Source: an uncultured Anaerolineales bacterium
GTDB taxonomy: Bacteria > Chloroflexota > Anaerolineae > Anaerolineales > UBA11858
Direction: 5' to 3'
NCBI GenBank assembly: GCA_964481465.1
Contig: CAYZTL010000001.1
Span: 16,743 to 80,742 of the forward strand
Length of the DNA stretch: 64,000 nt
Shown here one piece after another: positions 9,422 to 18,987 of the stretch. Below the pieces are notes generated by a model. That model made no database searches, was not told the DNA's origin, and saw only the letters and a program-made list of their open reading frames with translations. A program made the translations under genes and the position numbers. Within the stretch, counting starts at the first letter, position 1. Each line of letters starts with the position of its first letter.

Positions 9422-10670
9422 TCACTTTCCACCCGCAGAAAATTTTTCATTCTCCAGGATACTATGGCTGAGGATCTGGAATGCTTTATTGATCTGCTTT
9501 TCATGGATGATCAATGGGGGCATCAGGATAATCGACTTTTCCGTTTGGGCAATATCCACAAGTAAACCCTTTTCCAAACAGCTTAAAGAGATGCGTTTCG
9601 CCAAGGACTCGTTGCCGTACTCATTCTCGGGGAAATCAATTCCCCAGACCAATCCTTTTCCATGGACATCCGTAACAAGTGCATTATCTGTTGCCAGGCG
9701 ATATACATTCGAACGCATAAGTTCTTCCTTCGTTAGTAGTTTGTCAAACAGGTCCTCTTCAAGCATTCGCAATGTCTCCCTTGCAGACACACAAGCTAAT
9801 GACACATTTGGATCATCTGGAGTCCTGTTTGTATCGACTGATTTATCGTGAATTAATAAAGCCATGACCATACCAGCACTTCCCCCTTCTGCGAGAATTA
9901 TGATTTCAGGCTTAACAATCCAATTTCTGTTAGCAAAAAACGTGCCGGTCCTCCCAAATGCGGTTCTTGTTTCATTACAAATCAGCAGTATACCAAATTC
10001 TTCAGCGATGAGCTTTAATCTGACATAGAACGCCCGCGGAGGGGACGCGCATCCAGCTTCTATCATAATTGGTTCATACTACCGCGGCTACTTTTTCAAA
10101 CACCTCGCTGAAATTTGTGTTGCCTGCAACAAGGCCTGCTGGCGTTTTCCCATTTACTGCAAAGATAAACTTGTCCAGCGTAGTAAAGGATACATTATTC
10201 AAACCTTTGTACCGATTTTTATTTCCTTCAATTACTAAAACCTCCTCACGTTTTGTAACGTCTCTAGAAATATCTATCGCACTTTTTAGTGCCCTGGTTC
10301 GTGAAGAGAACACTATTCCCTTCCTGTCATAGCAGTCAGGTGCGTAATTTAATATTTCATTCATACACTTGCCTTTTGCTGTATTCATCCAAGAATCGCG
10401 AGGATAACGCATCAACAGGTTCGCTTCACTAAATACAGCTTTCTTGATATCTTCATTATTAAAACCTGTCACTGCCTCACTGGCGCAAGCCATATCAAGG
10501 AATTTATTCCCATCTACATCCCGGATGATCGCCCCTGCTGCTTTTTCGATGACAAAGGGAAACGGTTCGGATTCCCAACTTTTCATGTGCTGAGACAGAA
10601 TGTCTTTGCTCTTCGGGCCTGGAACAGATGTTTTTATATCGGGCATTTCCTGATGCAGTAAACGACTCAT
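9422..10670 (-). pseudogene. Class-III aminotransferase, frameshifted and with degenerate active site
   Basis: Two ORFs (10670-10074 and 10066-9422) are the N and C halves of one aminotransferase. They join as ...AAVV|YEPIMIEAGCASPP only after a 1-nt frame change near 10070. The DEVQTGFGRTG motif reads CNETRTAFGRTG (D to N), and the lysine position reads ILAEGGSAG (K to E). Confidence 0.75.
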
Positions 10671-10955
10671 CTTATTTCACACCGTCTGTCGTAGAGAAAA
10701 TTGCCTTAAATGTTAAATAAAGAAAGCACTCAAACCCCAAGACGCTCATTTTATGTCATGGGCTATCGATACCCGATTAACGCTGTTTACAGCATCTGTC
10801 TACCAATAGATTGCCTATTTTCCCAGTCAATTACCCCTCTCGAAATGATAGTGTTGTGTGTATGCGTTGCTGAATGAATATGAGGGACTCCTCATCCTAT
10901 GAAAATAGAAAATTAGATTTCACAGGATGAGGAGTTTGATTTTAATGATTCTAGT

Positions 10956-12299
10956 CTACCGGACTAGATTCTGTTTCTCAATGAAATCATTCAAGACTAT
11001 CTCGAGATCTGGTTTACCGATCTCCTGCAACCGGTAGTGAACCCTTGTTGCAGGCACATTAATATCGATGATGCGTCCCAGGTCAATAGGCGTGCCAATG
11101 ACAACCGCCTCGCACGCTGTATTGTTGATTGTGGTTTCAAGATCTTTCAGCATCTGATCGCCATACCCCATAGCGGGTAATAGAGTACCAATGTCCGGAT
11201 AGGTCTCAAACGTCTCAGTTAAACCACCTACTGTATAGGGTCTTGGATCAACAAGTTCTGCTGCGTTGAATTTTCGAGCCGCAACCACTCCAGCGCCAAT
11301 GTCCATCTCCCCGTGAGTAAGGGTTGGGCCGTCTTCAACCACAAGCACCTTTTTTCCGCTGATGATCTCAGGGTTTTCAACATCGATCACCGAAGCAGCT
11401 TCGACAACGGTAGCATCCGGGTTTACTTTCCTGATATTCTTCCTAACGGTATTAACATCTGATATACCTGCAGTATCCATTTTGTTGATAATCACTACAT
11501 CTGCGATCCGCAATGTAACCTCACCAGGGTAATACCGCAGCTCATGACCTGCTCGAAGGGGGTCGACCACAGTCACCTGCAGATCAGGGAAATAGAATGG
11601 AGGTTCATTGTTCCCCCCATCCCAGACAATGACATCGCATCCATCGGGGTCATCTTCAGCCGCCCTCAGTATAGCTTCATAATCTACTCCAGAGTAGATC
11701 ACATTTCCGCGGACGATATGCGGTTCATACTCCTCCATTTCTTCAACTGTGCAGTTGTGCTTATCCAGATCTGAGAGGTCTGCATACCGCTGGACTTTTT
11801 GAGCGGCTAAATCTCCATAAGGCATGGGGTGCCTTATGGCCACAACTTTCAACCCTTTTTCCATGAGGATTTCAATAATCTTCCTCGATGTTTGGCTCTT
11901 TCCTGAACCTGTTCTAACCGCTCCTACACCAATGACGGGTTTGGAACTCTTGAGCATAGTATCATTGGGACCCAGTAAAACTAAGCTTGCACCAGCAGCT
12001 TGCACAATAGCCCCAACAGACATGACGTGTTGATATGAAACATCGCTGTACGAGAAAGCACAATCGTCTACATCTAGCTCTTTGATAAGCTTTGGGAGAT
12101 CTCTTTCCGGGTAAATTCGTATACCTTCCGGATAAAGATCACCTGCTAATTCAGGAGGGTACTTTCTTCCTTCTATTCCCGGTATCTGAGCTGCAGTAAA
12201 ACCCACCACATTATAGGCATCGTTTTCTCGATAATAGGTATTAAAGTTGTGAAAATCTCTTCCAGCAGCGCCAATGATGATCACATTTCTTTTTTTCAT
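10956..12299 (-). CDS. COG2403-type P-loop GTPase-like protein (family often annotated as cyclic 2,3-diphosphoglycerate synthetase-like)
   Basis: N-terminal Rossmann-like IIIGAAGRDFHNF, Walker A GAVRTGSGKSQTS, DGGNN, and NKMD (an NKxD guanine-specificity motif). 447 aa. Starts 22 nt after the OTC stop, so probably cotranscribed. Confidence 0.7.
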   Translation of the reverse strand: MKKRNVIIIGAAGRDFHNFNTYYRENDAYNVVGFTAAQIPGIEGRKYPPELAGDLYPEGIRIYPERDLPKLIKELDVDDCAFSYSDVSYQHVMSVGAIVQAAGASLVLLGPNDTMLKSSKPVIGVGAVRTGSGKSQTSRKIIEILMEKGLKVVAIRHPMPYGDLAAQKVQRYADLSDLDKHNCTVEEMEEYEPHIVRGNVIYSGVDYEAILRAAEDDPDGCDVIVWDGGNNEPPFYFPDLQVTVVDPLRAGHELRYYPGEVTLRIADVVIINKMDTAGISDVNTVRKNIRKVNPDATVVEAASVIDVENPEIISGKKVLVVEDGPTLTHGEMDIGAGVVAARKFNAAELVDPRPYTVGGLTETFETYPDIGTLLPAMGYGDQMLKDLETTINNTACEAVVIGTPIDLGRIIDINVPATRVHYRLQEIGKPDLEIVLNDFIEKQNLVR

Positions 12300-12321
12300 T
12301 ATAGTCTCCTCTTTTTGGACA

Positions 12322-13323
12322 TTAAATGCCTAATGTTGCTACCATTACAGCCTTTATGGTATGTACTCGATTTTCCGCTTCATCAAATACGATGGAAGGT
12401 GCTGATTCAAATACTTCTTCAGTCACCTCCATAGCCTCCAACCCAAATTTGTGATAGATATCTTTCCCGATCTCTGTATCACGATTATGAAAAGCTGGCA
12501 GGCAGTGCATGAATTTTATATCTGGGTTTCCAGTCTTTTCCAACACTTCCAAGTTTACCTGATAGGGTTTTAATAACTCGATCCTTTTCTTCCAAACATC
12601 CTCAGGCTCCCCCATTGAAACCCAAACATCAGTGCACAAAAAATCACAGCCTTCGATACCCTTATCCAGATTAGCCGTAACTGATATTTTCGCGCCCGTT
12701 TCCTCAGCGATTTCCCGTGCCTGATTGACCAAGGCTTTATCTGGTTGAACACTCTCAGGGGCAACAGATCGAAAATCCATTCCCATTTTTGCTGCCCCTA
12801 TCAATAGCGAATTGCCCATATTGTTACGAGCATCGCCAAGATATGCAAATTTGACCTCAGAGAGTGGCCTTTCACTATGTTCCATCATTGTCATCAGGTC
12901 AGCCAAAACCTGGGTTGGGTGGAACTCATTCGTCAAACCGTTCCATACAGGAACCCCAGCAAACTCGGCCAGCGTTTCTACTCTCTCCTGACCAAAACCC
13001 CGGTATTCAATTCCGTCGTACATCCTGCCTAATACCCGGGCCGTGTCCTTGATGGTCTCTTTTGTGCCCAATTGAGATCCAGTAGGCCCCAAGTATGTGG
13101 TGTGCGCACCCTGATCATATGCAGCTGTCTCAAAAGCACACCTTGTTCGGGTGGAGGCTTTCTCGAATATAAGGCCGATGTTCTTGCCTTTCAACAAAGG
13201 ACGTTCTGTCCCTGCATATTTCGCTTTCTTCAAATCCTTGGAAAGCTCTAGCAAAAATTTTATTTCGTCAGGGGTAAAATCCAACAACTTCACGAAGCTT
13301 CTACATCGTAAATTACGGGACAT
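12322..13323 (-). CDS. argF: Ornithine carbamoyltransferase
   Basis: STRTRCAFE (carbamoyl-P site), [14 protein letters not shown] (ornithine SMG loop), HCLPAFH. AGGAGGAGGA SD. Anabolic versus catabolic role is not decidable. Confidence 0.9.
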   Translation of the reverse strand: MSRNLRCRSFVKLLDFTPDEIKFLLELSKDLKKAKYAGTERPLLKGKNIGLIFEKASTRTRCAFETAAYDQGAHTTYLGPTGSQLGTKETIKDTARVLGRMYDGIEYRGFGQERVETLAEFAGVPVWNGLTNEFHPTQVLADLMTMMEHSERPLSEVKFAYLGDARNNMGNSLLIGAAKMGMDFRSVAPESVQPDKALVNQAREIAEETGAKISVTANLDKGIEGCDFLCTDVWVSMGEPEDVWKKRIELLKPYQVNLEVLEKTGNPDIKFMHCLPAFHNRDTEIGKDIYHKFGLEAMEVTEEVFESAPSIVFDEAENRVHTIKAVMVATLGI

Positions 13324-13522
13324 GTCCTCCTCCTACAATTATCTAAAATTAAATGCAAAACTATGGCTTCCATTTCTTTCAATACATGCTTATATTCCGA
13401 ATAATATTTCCGACACAACTCCTGTTAATCTATTTTGTGGCTAACTATTTCTTTCAGCCCAAATGTTGGAAAAGTGTCTTTCCCGCAACTTGGGATACCC
13501 ATCAAGTCTATCCAATACTATG

Positions 13523-14677
13523 CTAAAATCCCTCAACCTGATGAGGGAAGTAATCCTCGCAATCGCCTTCCCGGTACACATCCGCCGTGCAGCAGTGCAG
13601 CCCACCACCAAAAGGCGACACATCATAAAACGGGACAGGAACAACGTCAAACCCATACGAATCCAACAACTCCATCACCGGTTTCTCGCTGGCCTCCACA
13701 CAGACAGTGTCCGGACCCAGAGAGAGGGTGTTCATGTTCAACCACCAGCTGCAAAAATCATAGGGCTGCTTTTCCTCGAGTGTTGCCTCTGGCGCTTCCA
13801 CTAGCTCCCAATCATTCTTCCTGAACCACTCAAATTCTCTCTCATCAAGCGGAGGCCGCGTGGGATTGATCAGTGCAAATCCCGGCCGCAGGGGTACGAG
13901 CGTTGAGTCCAAATGCCACGGCAGCAGTTCCCTGCGCCCCACCTTGTGGATGCGGTGGTTAGCAAAATGGCGGCGCAGCCAGTCAATCCCGGCATCATTC
14001 GTCACCATCGACTTCTGGACAATCAGGTCTTTCCCAAAACGGACAACATCTGCCGCATCAAATAAGGGCTCTTTCTCGGTGAGTATCCAGTCGCCCCGCT
14101 CCGCACGCTCAAACTTCTCCTCCTCTGTCATCGCATGCCATTCTTCCCACCAGTTTTCCTTATACGACTCTTCCGTCAATCGCGGCTTGGGCGCCGCTTC
14201 AAAGCGAAAATTCGGATCCTCCTTGAAGTATTGCTCAAACAAAGGACGATAACATATAAATTCAAACCAGCGGCTGCGGTAGGACATCGTGGCTTCTAGA
14301 ATCTCATTGCCAACCGTGAGTAAGATGTCCCGCACAGGCGCACAGCCAAACATCGTTTCTTGCTCCCAGTCAGGCGTTGCTACTTTCTGGCTGAAATCAA
14401 TCGGAGTAGGTCGGTCCACGCGAATACCCCGATCTTCAAGGAGTTTGGCGAAATTATCCAACTGTTCGTTCGCCCTGTCTACCATCTCCTGAGGGTAAGG
14501 ACCATACTCCCCTAACGGGAAGCCGTCCTCCGGATAATCCCGCTGAATGGCAATTTCCGGCGCCTGGATCATCGTCCCGTCCGCGCGCCCCACAATCACA
14601 TGCTTCAAGGGATCCCATTCGTTCCAGGAACTCACTTTCGTCTTTCTGGATTCTTCTTGTCCCATATTCATCCTCAC
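13523..14677 (-). CDS. Amidinotransferase, arginine:glycine amidinotransferase (AGAT/GATM)-like, copy 1
   Basis: SSWNEWDPLKHVIVGRA, PVRDILLTVGNEILEATMSYRSRWFE and C-terminal GGGLHCCTADV (catalytic Cys) align with the remembered human AGAT sequence. The track start is GTG (14677). The ATG at 14665, preceded by GTGAGGA, may be the real start. Confidence 0.85.
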   Translation of the reverse strand: MRMNMGQEESRKTKVSSWNEWDPLKHVIVGRADGTMIQAPEIAIQRDYPEDGFPLGEYGPYPQEMVDRANEQLDNFAKLLEDRGIRVDRPTPIDFSQKVATPDWEQETMFGCAPVRDILLTVGNEILEATMSYRSRWFEFICYRPLFEQYFKEDPNFRFEAAPKPRLTEESYKENWWEEWHAMTEEEKFERAERGDWILTEKEPLFDAADVVRFGKDLIVQKSMVTNDAGIDWLRRHFANHRIHKVGRRELLPWHLDSTLVPLRPGFALINPTRPPLDEREFEWFRKNDWELVEAPEATLEEKQPYDFCSWWLNMNTLSLGPDTVCVEASEKPVMELLDSYGFDVVPVPFYDVSPFGGGLHCCTADVYREGDCEDYFPHQVEGF

Positions 14678-14748
14678 TTATATATATAGCTGATCCTTCT
14701 CCACTTTAACGCTTGTCCGCAAAGGGTGGGTCCGATTCTTCTACCGGC

Positions 14749-14783
14749 AATAAAAATACCTGAGTACATGTATCTGCTCAGGT
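14749..14783 (-). terminator. Terminator-like hairpin inside the AGAT 5-prime leader (candidate attenuator), copy 1
   Basis: Minus sense: ACCUGAG-12 nt loop-CUCAGGU followed by AUUUUUAUU. It lies about 72-105 nt upstream of the start codon and about 180 nt downstream of the predicted -10. Confidence 0.35.
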
Positions 14784-14964
14784 AAAAAGTTCAAACACAT
14801 CCGTTGTTTTGGGCGGATATGGGGTTCCCCAAATATTCGGCTGATCGTCGTGGGATTTGGTACAATCAATCATAATCTGAGGGTGTTGCGAACAATGAAT
14901 GTTATCCTTGCTTGTTCGGTAACGATAATACAGAATAGCTAATAAAGCGGGAAAATCGTCTCGT

Positions 14965-15005
14965 AACCATTTATACTGCGGAATATTTGCTAATTCAACG
15001 TGATT
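14965..15005 (-). promoter_or_regulatory. Conserved promoter/operator core, copy B (drives AGAT copy 1)
   Basis: On the minus strand: -35 TTGAAT (14998-14993), 17-nt spacer, -10 TATAAA (14975-14970). Predicted leader is about 290 nt. Confidence 0.6.
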
Positions 15006-15101
15006 AATGTAATAAAATTCGCAGATTTATGTTATTCTCACAATCTTTGAGTGTGTGTTCGTCCAACCAAAAGCAATCGCCCCCTTCGACGCAGCTGCGC
15101 G

Positions 15102-15254
15102 TTAGCTGGCGAGGCAGGAGCGTTTCGCCAGCTTCTCAAGGCTGGCGCGCGCCACATCGTTTTTGGTGAGCACCTGATTGTATGTCAGCTTATCTAACAG
15201 GACGCGCTTGAGTTTCCCGGTCGAATTACAGACAACCCCTTGTTTCTCAGACAT
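15102..15254 (-). CDS. Hypothetical small protein (50 aa from MSEKQGVV...)
   Basis: ORF with a GAGGA-like SD 8 nt upstream of the ATG at 15254. No recognisable motif. Could be a gene fragment at the repeat boundary. Confidence 0.3.
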   Translation of the reverse strand: MSEKQGVVCNSTGKLKRVLLDKLTYNQVLTKNDVARASLEKLAKRSCLAS

Positions 15255-15363
15255 TCTATTGGTCCTCTGGTGCCCACCTCGGGACAATGCAATTGGCAGA
15301 CTATTAGAGAGCCATCGCTTGCTCGGTTAATCGTTTCACATCATATCTTGGAGATTCTGGAGG

Positions 15364-16563
15364 TTAGCCGAGATAAGCTTGAGCGATTGCCATGTGTGCA
15401 GCAGTGCCCTTCAATAGTTGTTCAATCTCAATGTACTCGTCCACGATGTGAGCCAGGGCGCTTTGAGAGGGGCCGAAAATAATGGTTGGAAGCCCCATTT
15501 CTCCGGCGCTAGCACTTCCGTTGGTGCAGTAAGGCGCTGCAAGATAGGTCTCCGGCAATCCAATGGTACGCATACCAACCAGTGCTTTTTGGACAAGCTC
15601 TTCTTCACGTGGTGTAATCCATCCTGGGTGAAAATCTGCCATTCGCAACTGCTCGCCAGTGTAACAAGATAGGACTATGTCAGGGCATTCTACTGACACG
15701 CCCTCTATATCGTTCAAGGCTTCCTGCAGGCCCTCCAGCATACTGGTCTGAGTCTCGCCTGGACCGAGCCGTCGGTCGAAACGGACACGGCATCCGTCCG
15801 GCACGATTGTGTCACCGGGGTAGGGTGATGAGATGATTTCGATAAGTTCTGTGACACCAGGGCCAAGCACATCATCCTCTGGCAGAGGCATGGCACGCAC
15901 GCTCTCGATCACCTCTATCATCTTGTATACCGCATTCAAACCCTTTTGAGGGGTGGAAGTGTGTGCAGCCCGCCCTTGCGTCTTAAGCGTGATACCCGCA
16001 CGGCCTTTCTGGGCATATCCCAGAGTCAGGTTGGAGGGCTCACCGATGACTACCGCATCTGCTGGGTATTCGCGTAGGATGGCGCCCAGTGCAGCGCCTT
16101 CCCACCCTTCCTCGCCAACGCTGGCCGAAACGGTGATCGTCCCATCGAACGCTTCTCGTGAGAGGAAGGCAGCACCACAAATCATAGCTGCCAGTGGTCC
16201 TTTCATGTCTGTTGTGCCTCTGCCCCAGATGCGCCCTTCGGTCACATGTGCCTCAAAGGGAGGATGACGCCAGGAGTCGGGCTGGGTGGCCGCAACGATG
16301 TCAATGTGACCGTCAAAGTGGAGATTCTTGCCTGGCCCACTACCCCACCGCTTTCCTATCACACTGCCGTATTCATCGGTCCATATCTCGTCGTAGCCCA
16401 GCGTTTTCATCCAATGGGCGACCACCCTCCCAGCTTCTTCTTCCTGACCGGCTGGCGACTTGGCCTGGACCAACTCGCGCGTCAGTGCGACAACCTGTTC
16501 CTGTTGTGAACCTGTCAAATTCATGGTGTGCCTCTCTAATTTCCCAAAGATTGGATTGTTCAT
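15364..16563 (-). CDS. M20 family metallohydrolase (ArgE/DapE/YgeY-like)
   Basis: HFDGHIDIV, GRGTTDMKG and GEEGWEG metal/catalytic motifs; a dimerisation-domain insertion; 399 aa. An alternative start is MNLTGSQQEQ at 16524. Confidence 0.85.
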   Translation of the reverse strand: MNNPIFGKLERHTMNLTGSQQEQVVALTRELVQAKSPAGQEEEAGRVVAHWMKTLGYDEIWTDEYGSVIGKRWGSGPGKNLHFDGHIDIVAATQPDSWRHPPFEAHVTEGRIWGRGTTDMKGPLAAMICGAAFLSREAFDGTITVSASVGEEGWEGAALGAILREYPADAVVIGEPSNLTLGYAQKGRAGITLKTQGRAAHTSTPQKGLNAVYKMIEVIESVRAMPLPEDDVLGPGVTELIEIISSPYPGDTIVPDGCRVRFDRRLGPGETQTSMLEGLQEALNDIEGVSVECPDIVLSCYTGEQLRMADFHPGWITPREEELVQKALVGMRTIGLPETYLAAPYCTNGSASAGEMGLPTIIFGPSQSALAHIVDEYIEIEQLLKGTAAHMAIAQAYLG

Positions 16564-16588
16564 GCCATGCTCATAGAGGGAGGGATTG

Positions 16589-16900
16589 CTATCTGCCAGA
16601 GGTTGTTGTCCGTTTTCCCTTACCCGTTGACTGTTGGGTGTCGAGCATGGAGTCTAAGCTCTCGTCAGCGACAAAGATGTGGATACACATTGCGTCACGA
16701 GCGACTTGAGGGTCCCGTTTCTTGATTGCTGCCAGCAGTTCAAAGTGGTCAGGTAAGTCCCGCTGAGGATCGGAAAAAAAAGGACATTAATCTATTCATT
16801 TTCTCCGGAAACTGCTCCACTAATATCTATGCTTTCCATATAATTTCATAGGCAGTTTCACATAAAACGCAATTCCCGAAATGACACTTACACGTTATCG
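16589..16900 (-). pseudogene. Remnant of a GntR-family (FCD domain) regulator
   Basis: A start-less frame reads ...DPQRDLPDHFELLAAIKKRDPQVARDAMCIHIFV...*, which resembles the FCD C-terminal helix pattern EHxxLLxAIxxxDxxxAxxAMxxHL. Upstream frames are broken around a T8 run (16771-16778). No HTH domain is present. Confidence 0.4.
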
Positions 16901-16939
16901 ATGGGCTGGCAGCATTGGGACGAGAACGCCGACGCAGGT

Positions 16940-18919
16940 CTAAGGCTTCCGATCAGCCTCTTTTTCTAATACATAGCGATTCATCCACTCCAGAAGCGCC
17001 TCGTTCTGGGCTCGGCGTACAACCGGTGACCCTTCAATTGATCCTGCATGGGAACTATAGGGAAGACGCAGCATCTCAACAACACAATTGTTGTCTTTGA
17101 GAACAGCATAGAATTGTTCAGATTGTTCTGCGGGACATCGATAATCCTCTTCTGCCTGAATTAGCAATGTGGGTGTTTTACAACGATGCGCGTATGTGAT
17201 CGGGGAGCACCGCCGGTAAACTCCTGGGATTTCATGCGGCAGCCCACCTAATTCCTCTGGAGTGCGTTGAACACCCTGATCGCTGACGCCGTATATAGTC
17301 ACCCAGTTGGTAACTGGATTTTCCGGCACAGCAGCTTTAAAACGATCTGTTTGGCCAACTATCCAACAGGACATATACCCCCCATAGGAGAGCCCACAGC
17401 AGCCCAGGCGATCTGGATCAACAATACCTTTCTCGATGGTGAAATCGATACCCTTCATCAGGTCTTTATAATCAAGATTGCCGTAATCACCAATGATCGC
17501 TGAACTAAAATCGTCCCCATACCCAATTGATCCGCGATAATTAATGAACAGCACTGCGTATCCCGCACCAGCGAGCATGTGATGATCGAAGGAAAATATA
17601 TACCCACAACTGGCGTGAGGCCCACCATGAATATAAAGAACTGCTGGGTAAGGAGCCTCGCTTGTGGGGGGTGTTAATACCCAACCTTCAACTTGAACCC
17701 CATCACTACCGGGAAATGATAATTTTTCAACCTCCGGGATTAGCCAATTACTCCTCAATTCGTCGTTGAGATGAGTAAGTTGTCGCTCGTTGGATCCATC
17801 CAATTCAGAAACAAAAAGATCCACTGGATTGTGGATAGTGCTGACAGCAAAAACCATCCGCCTGGGATCTATGCCAAGTGGCATACAGGTTCGCTCCCCT
17901 GAGATGACGGGATTCCATGTCTCTGGCCCTTCAAGGGCAACGCGGTAGATATGAAGCGCCCCCCCATCTTGGGCTGGAATATAAGCTGTCCTGCCCTCCT
18001 CGCCGATTAAAATCCTTGGTCTCAGCAATGAACCAAGAGGTAGATCGCCATCCAAATCTCCCCCCACAGGAAGCGAAAGACTCGATGTCCTGGAAACCGG
18101 TTCGCCTGCCTGTATATCAGTTACCCACAGATTCTCATTCGAGCCGTCAGGAAGCCCATGCGGGTTCCCTATGAATGCGATATGTTTGCTGTCTGGCATC
18201 CAAACAGCAGAAAAACCATAGCCCCAATCCTTTACAAGGTCAGTAACTTCCCCATCTAGATACACCACTCTTAGAATTGGGCGGACCCTAAAGGAAACCG
18301 GGGTCATCTCAGTCGTAAAGAGGATCTTATCTCCATCGGGTGACCAAACAGGCCTGCTGTTATAGGCCTCATCATGGGTCAGTCGCTTCGGCTTCCCCCC
18401 TTCGACAGAGATGATATATATATCCTGCCCATCCTCTTCCAGATATCCCATCCCATTAACCCGATATATATGGCGGGAAATGCGGTAAGGCTTTGTGCGG
18501 TCTTGGGCTTCAACAGCCGGACAGGCAGCGAAAGCGATATGCTCACCGTCTGGCGACCAAGCAGGACCGTCATTGACGCCCAGGGGCATATCTGTCAACG
18601 GCCATGACTCACCCCCATCCACAGCGATAAGGCGGATTTGTGGTTTATCCTCTCGGGTTGAAAGAAAAGCAATCAATTTGCCATCTGGTGACCAAGCTGG
18701 ATTTGTATCCTGAGCTAATCCTGATGTAAGCTGATTTGAGATGCCCGTTTCAAGAGACAACAGCCAAATGGCAACTTTTTCCTTCTCACCTCCACCATCC
18801 ATAGTGGAAATGGTATAGGCTATAGTCTTTCCATCAGGTGATAGCTGCCCGTCCTGAATGAAATTAAGTTTAAACAAATCCTCGGGTTGTACTGTCCGTA
18901 ACGTTTGCTTCCCGTCCAT
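16940..18919 (-). CDS. S9 family serine peptidase (prolyl oligopeptidase / acylaminoacyl-peptidase type) with N-terminal beta-propeller
   Basis: Repeated SPDG(K/E)xIAF propeller motifs; catalytic GLSYGGYM (GxSxGG) and a C-terminal alpha/beta-hydrolase domain. 659 aa. Confidence 0.88.
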   Translation of the reverse strand: MDGKQTLRTVQPEDLFKLNFIQDGQLSPDGKTIAYTISTMDGGGEKEKVAIWLLSLETGISNQLTSGLAQDTNPAWSPDGKLIAFLSTREDKPQIRLIAVDGGESWPLTDMPLGVNDGPAWSPDGEHIAFAACPAVEAQDRTKPYRISRHIYRVNGMGYLEEDGQDIYIISVEGGKPKRLTHDEAYNSRPVWSPDGDKILFTTEMTPVSFRVRPILRVVYLDGEVTDLVKDWGYGFSAVWMPDSKHIAFIGNPHGLPDGSNENLWVTDIQAGEPVSRTSSLSLPVGGDLDGDLPLGSLLRPRILIGEEGRTAYIPAQDGGALHIYRVALEGPETWNPVISGERTCMPLGIDPRRMVFAVSTIHNPVDLFVSELDGSNERQLTHLNDELRSNWLIPEVEKLSFPGSDGVQVEGWVLTPPTSEAPYPAVLYIHGGPHASCGYIFSFDHHMLAGAGYAVLFINYRGSIGYGDDFSSAIIGDYGNLDYKDLMKGIDFTIEKGIVDPDRLGCCGLSYGGYMSCWIVGQTDRFKAAVPENPVTNWVTIYGVSDQGVQRTPEELGGLPHEIPGVYRRCSPITYAHRCKTPTLLIQAEEDYRCPAEQSEQFYAVLKDNNCVVEMLRLPYSSHAGSIEGSPVVRRAQNEALLEWMNRYVLEKEADRKP

Positions 18920-18987
18920 GTCCTTCCTTGTGCAACAATCAAATCAAAAAAGCTTCAATGCCTTTCTCTACCAACACAAATCCTTTC

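Larger units (their letters stand above)
13527..15040. repeat. Direct repeat copy 1 (AGAT-like CDS + leader + promoter), 1,514 bp
   Basis: Collinear with 29857-31370 (offset 16,330). 13527-14939 is identical by eye. There are 4 mismatches at 14940, 14952, 14959 and 14993. Confidence 0.95.

Noticed and set aside
14710-14733. Guanidine-III (ykkC-III)-like riboswitch in the AGAT leader, suggested by GGACCCACCCUUUGCGGACAAGCG resembling the ...ACCC...GGACAAGACGG part of that motif
   Set aside because: The internal GC-rich stem and the 3-prime pairing partner (GCGCC/GGCGC in the examples I remember) are absent. I also found no guanidine-I (GGUCCGAGAG, GGGA...) or mini-ykkC (paired ACGR loops) elements. 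The similarity is too short to support a call.
13527-15040. Interpreting the 1.5-kb repeat as an insertion sequence or other mobile element
   Set aside because: Its only ORF is a metabolic amidinotransferase. There is no transposase or integrase, no terminal inverted repeats and no flanking target-site duplication. One end coincides with the CDS end.
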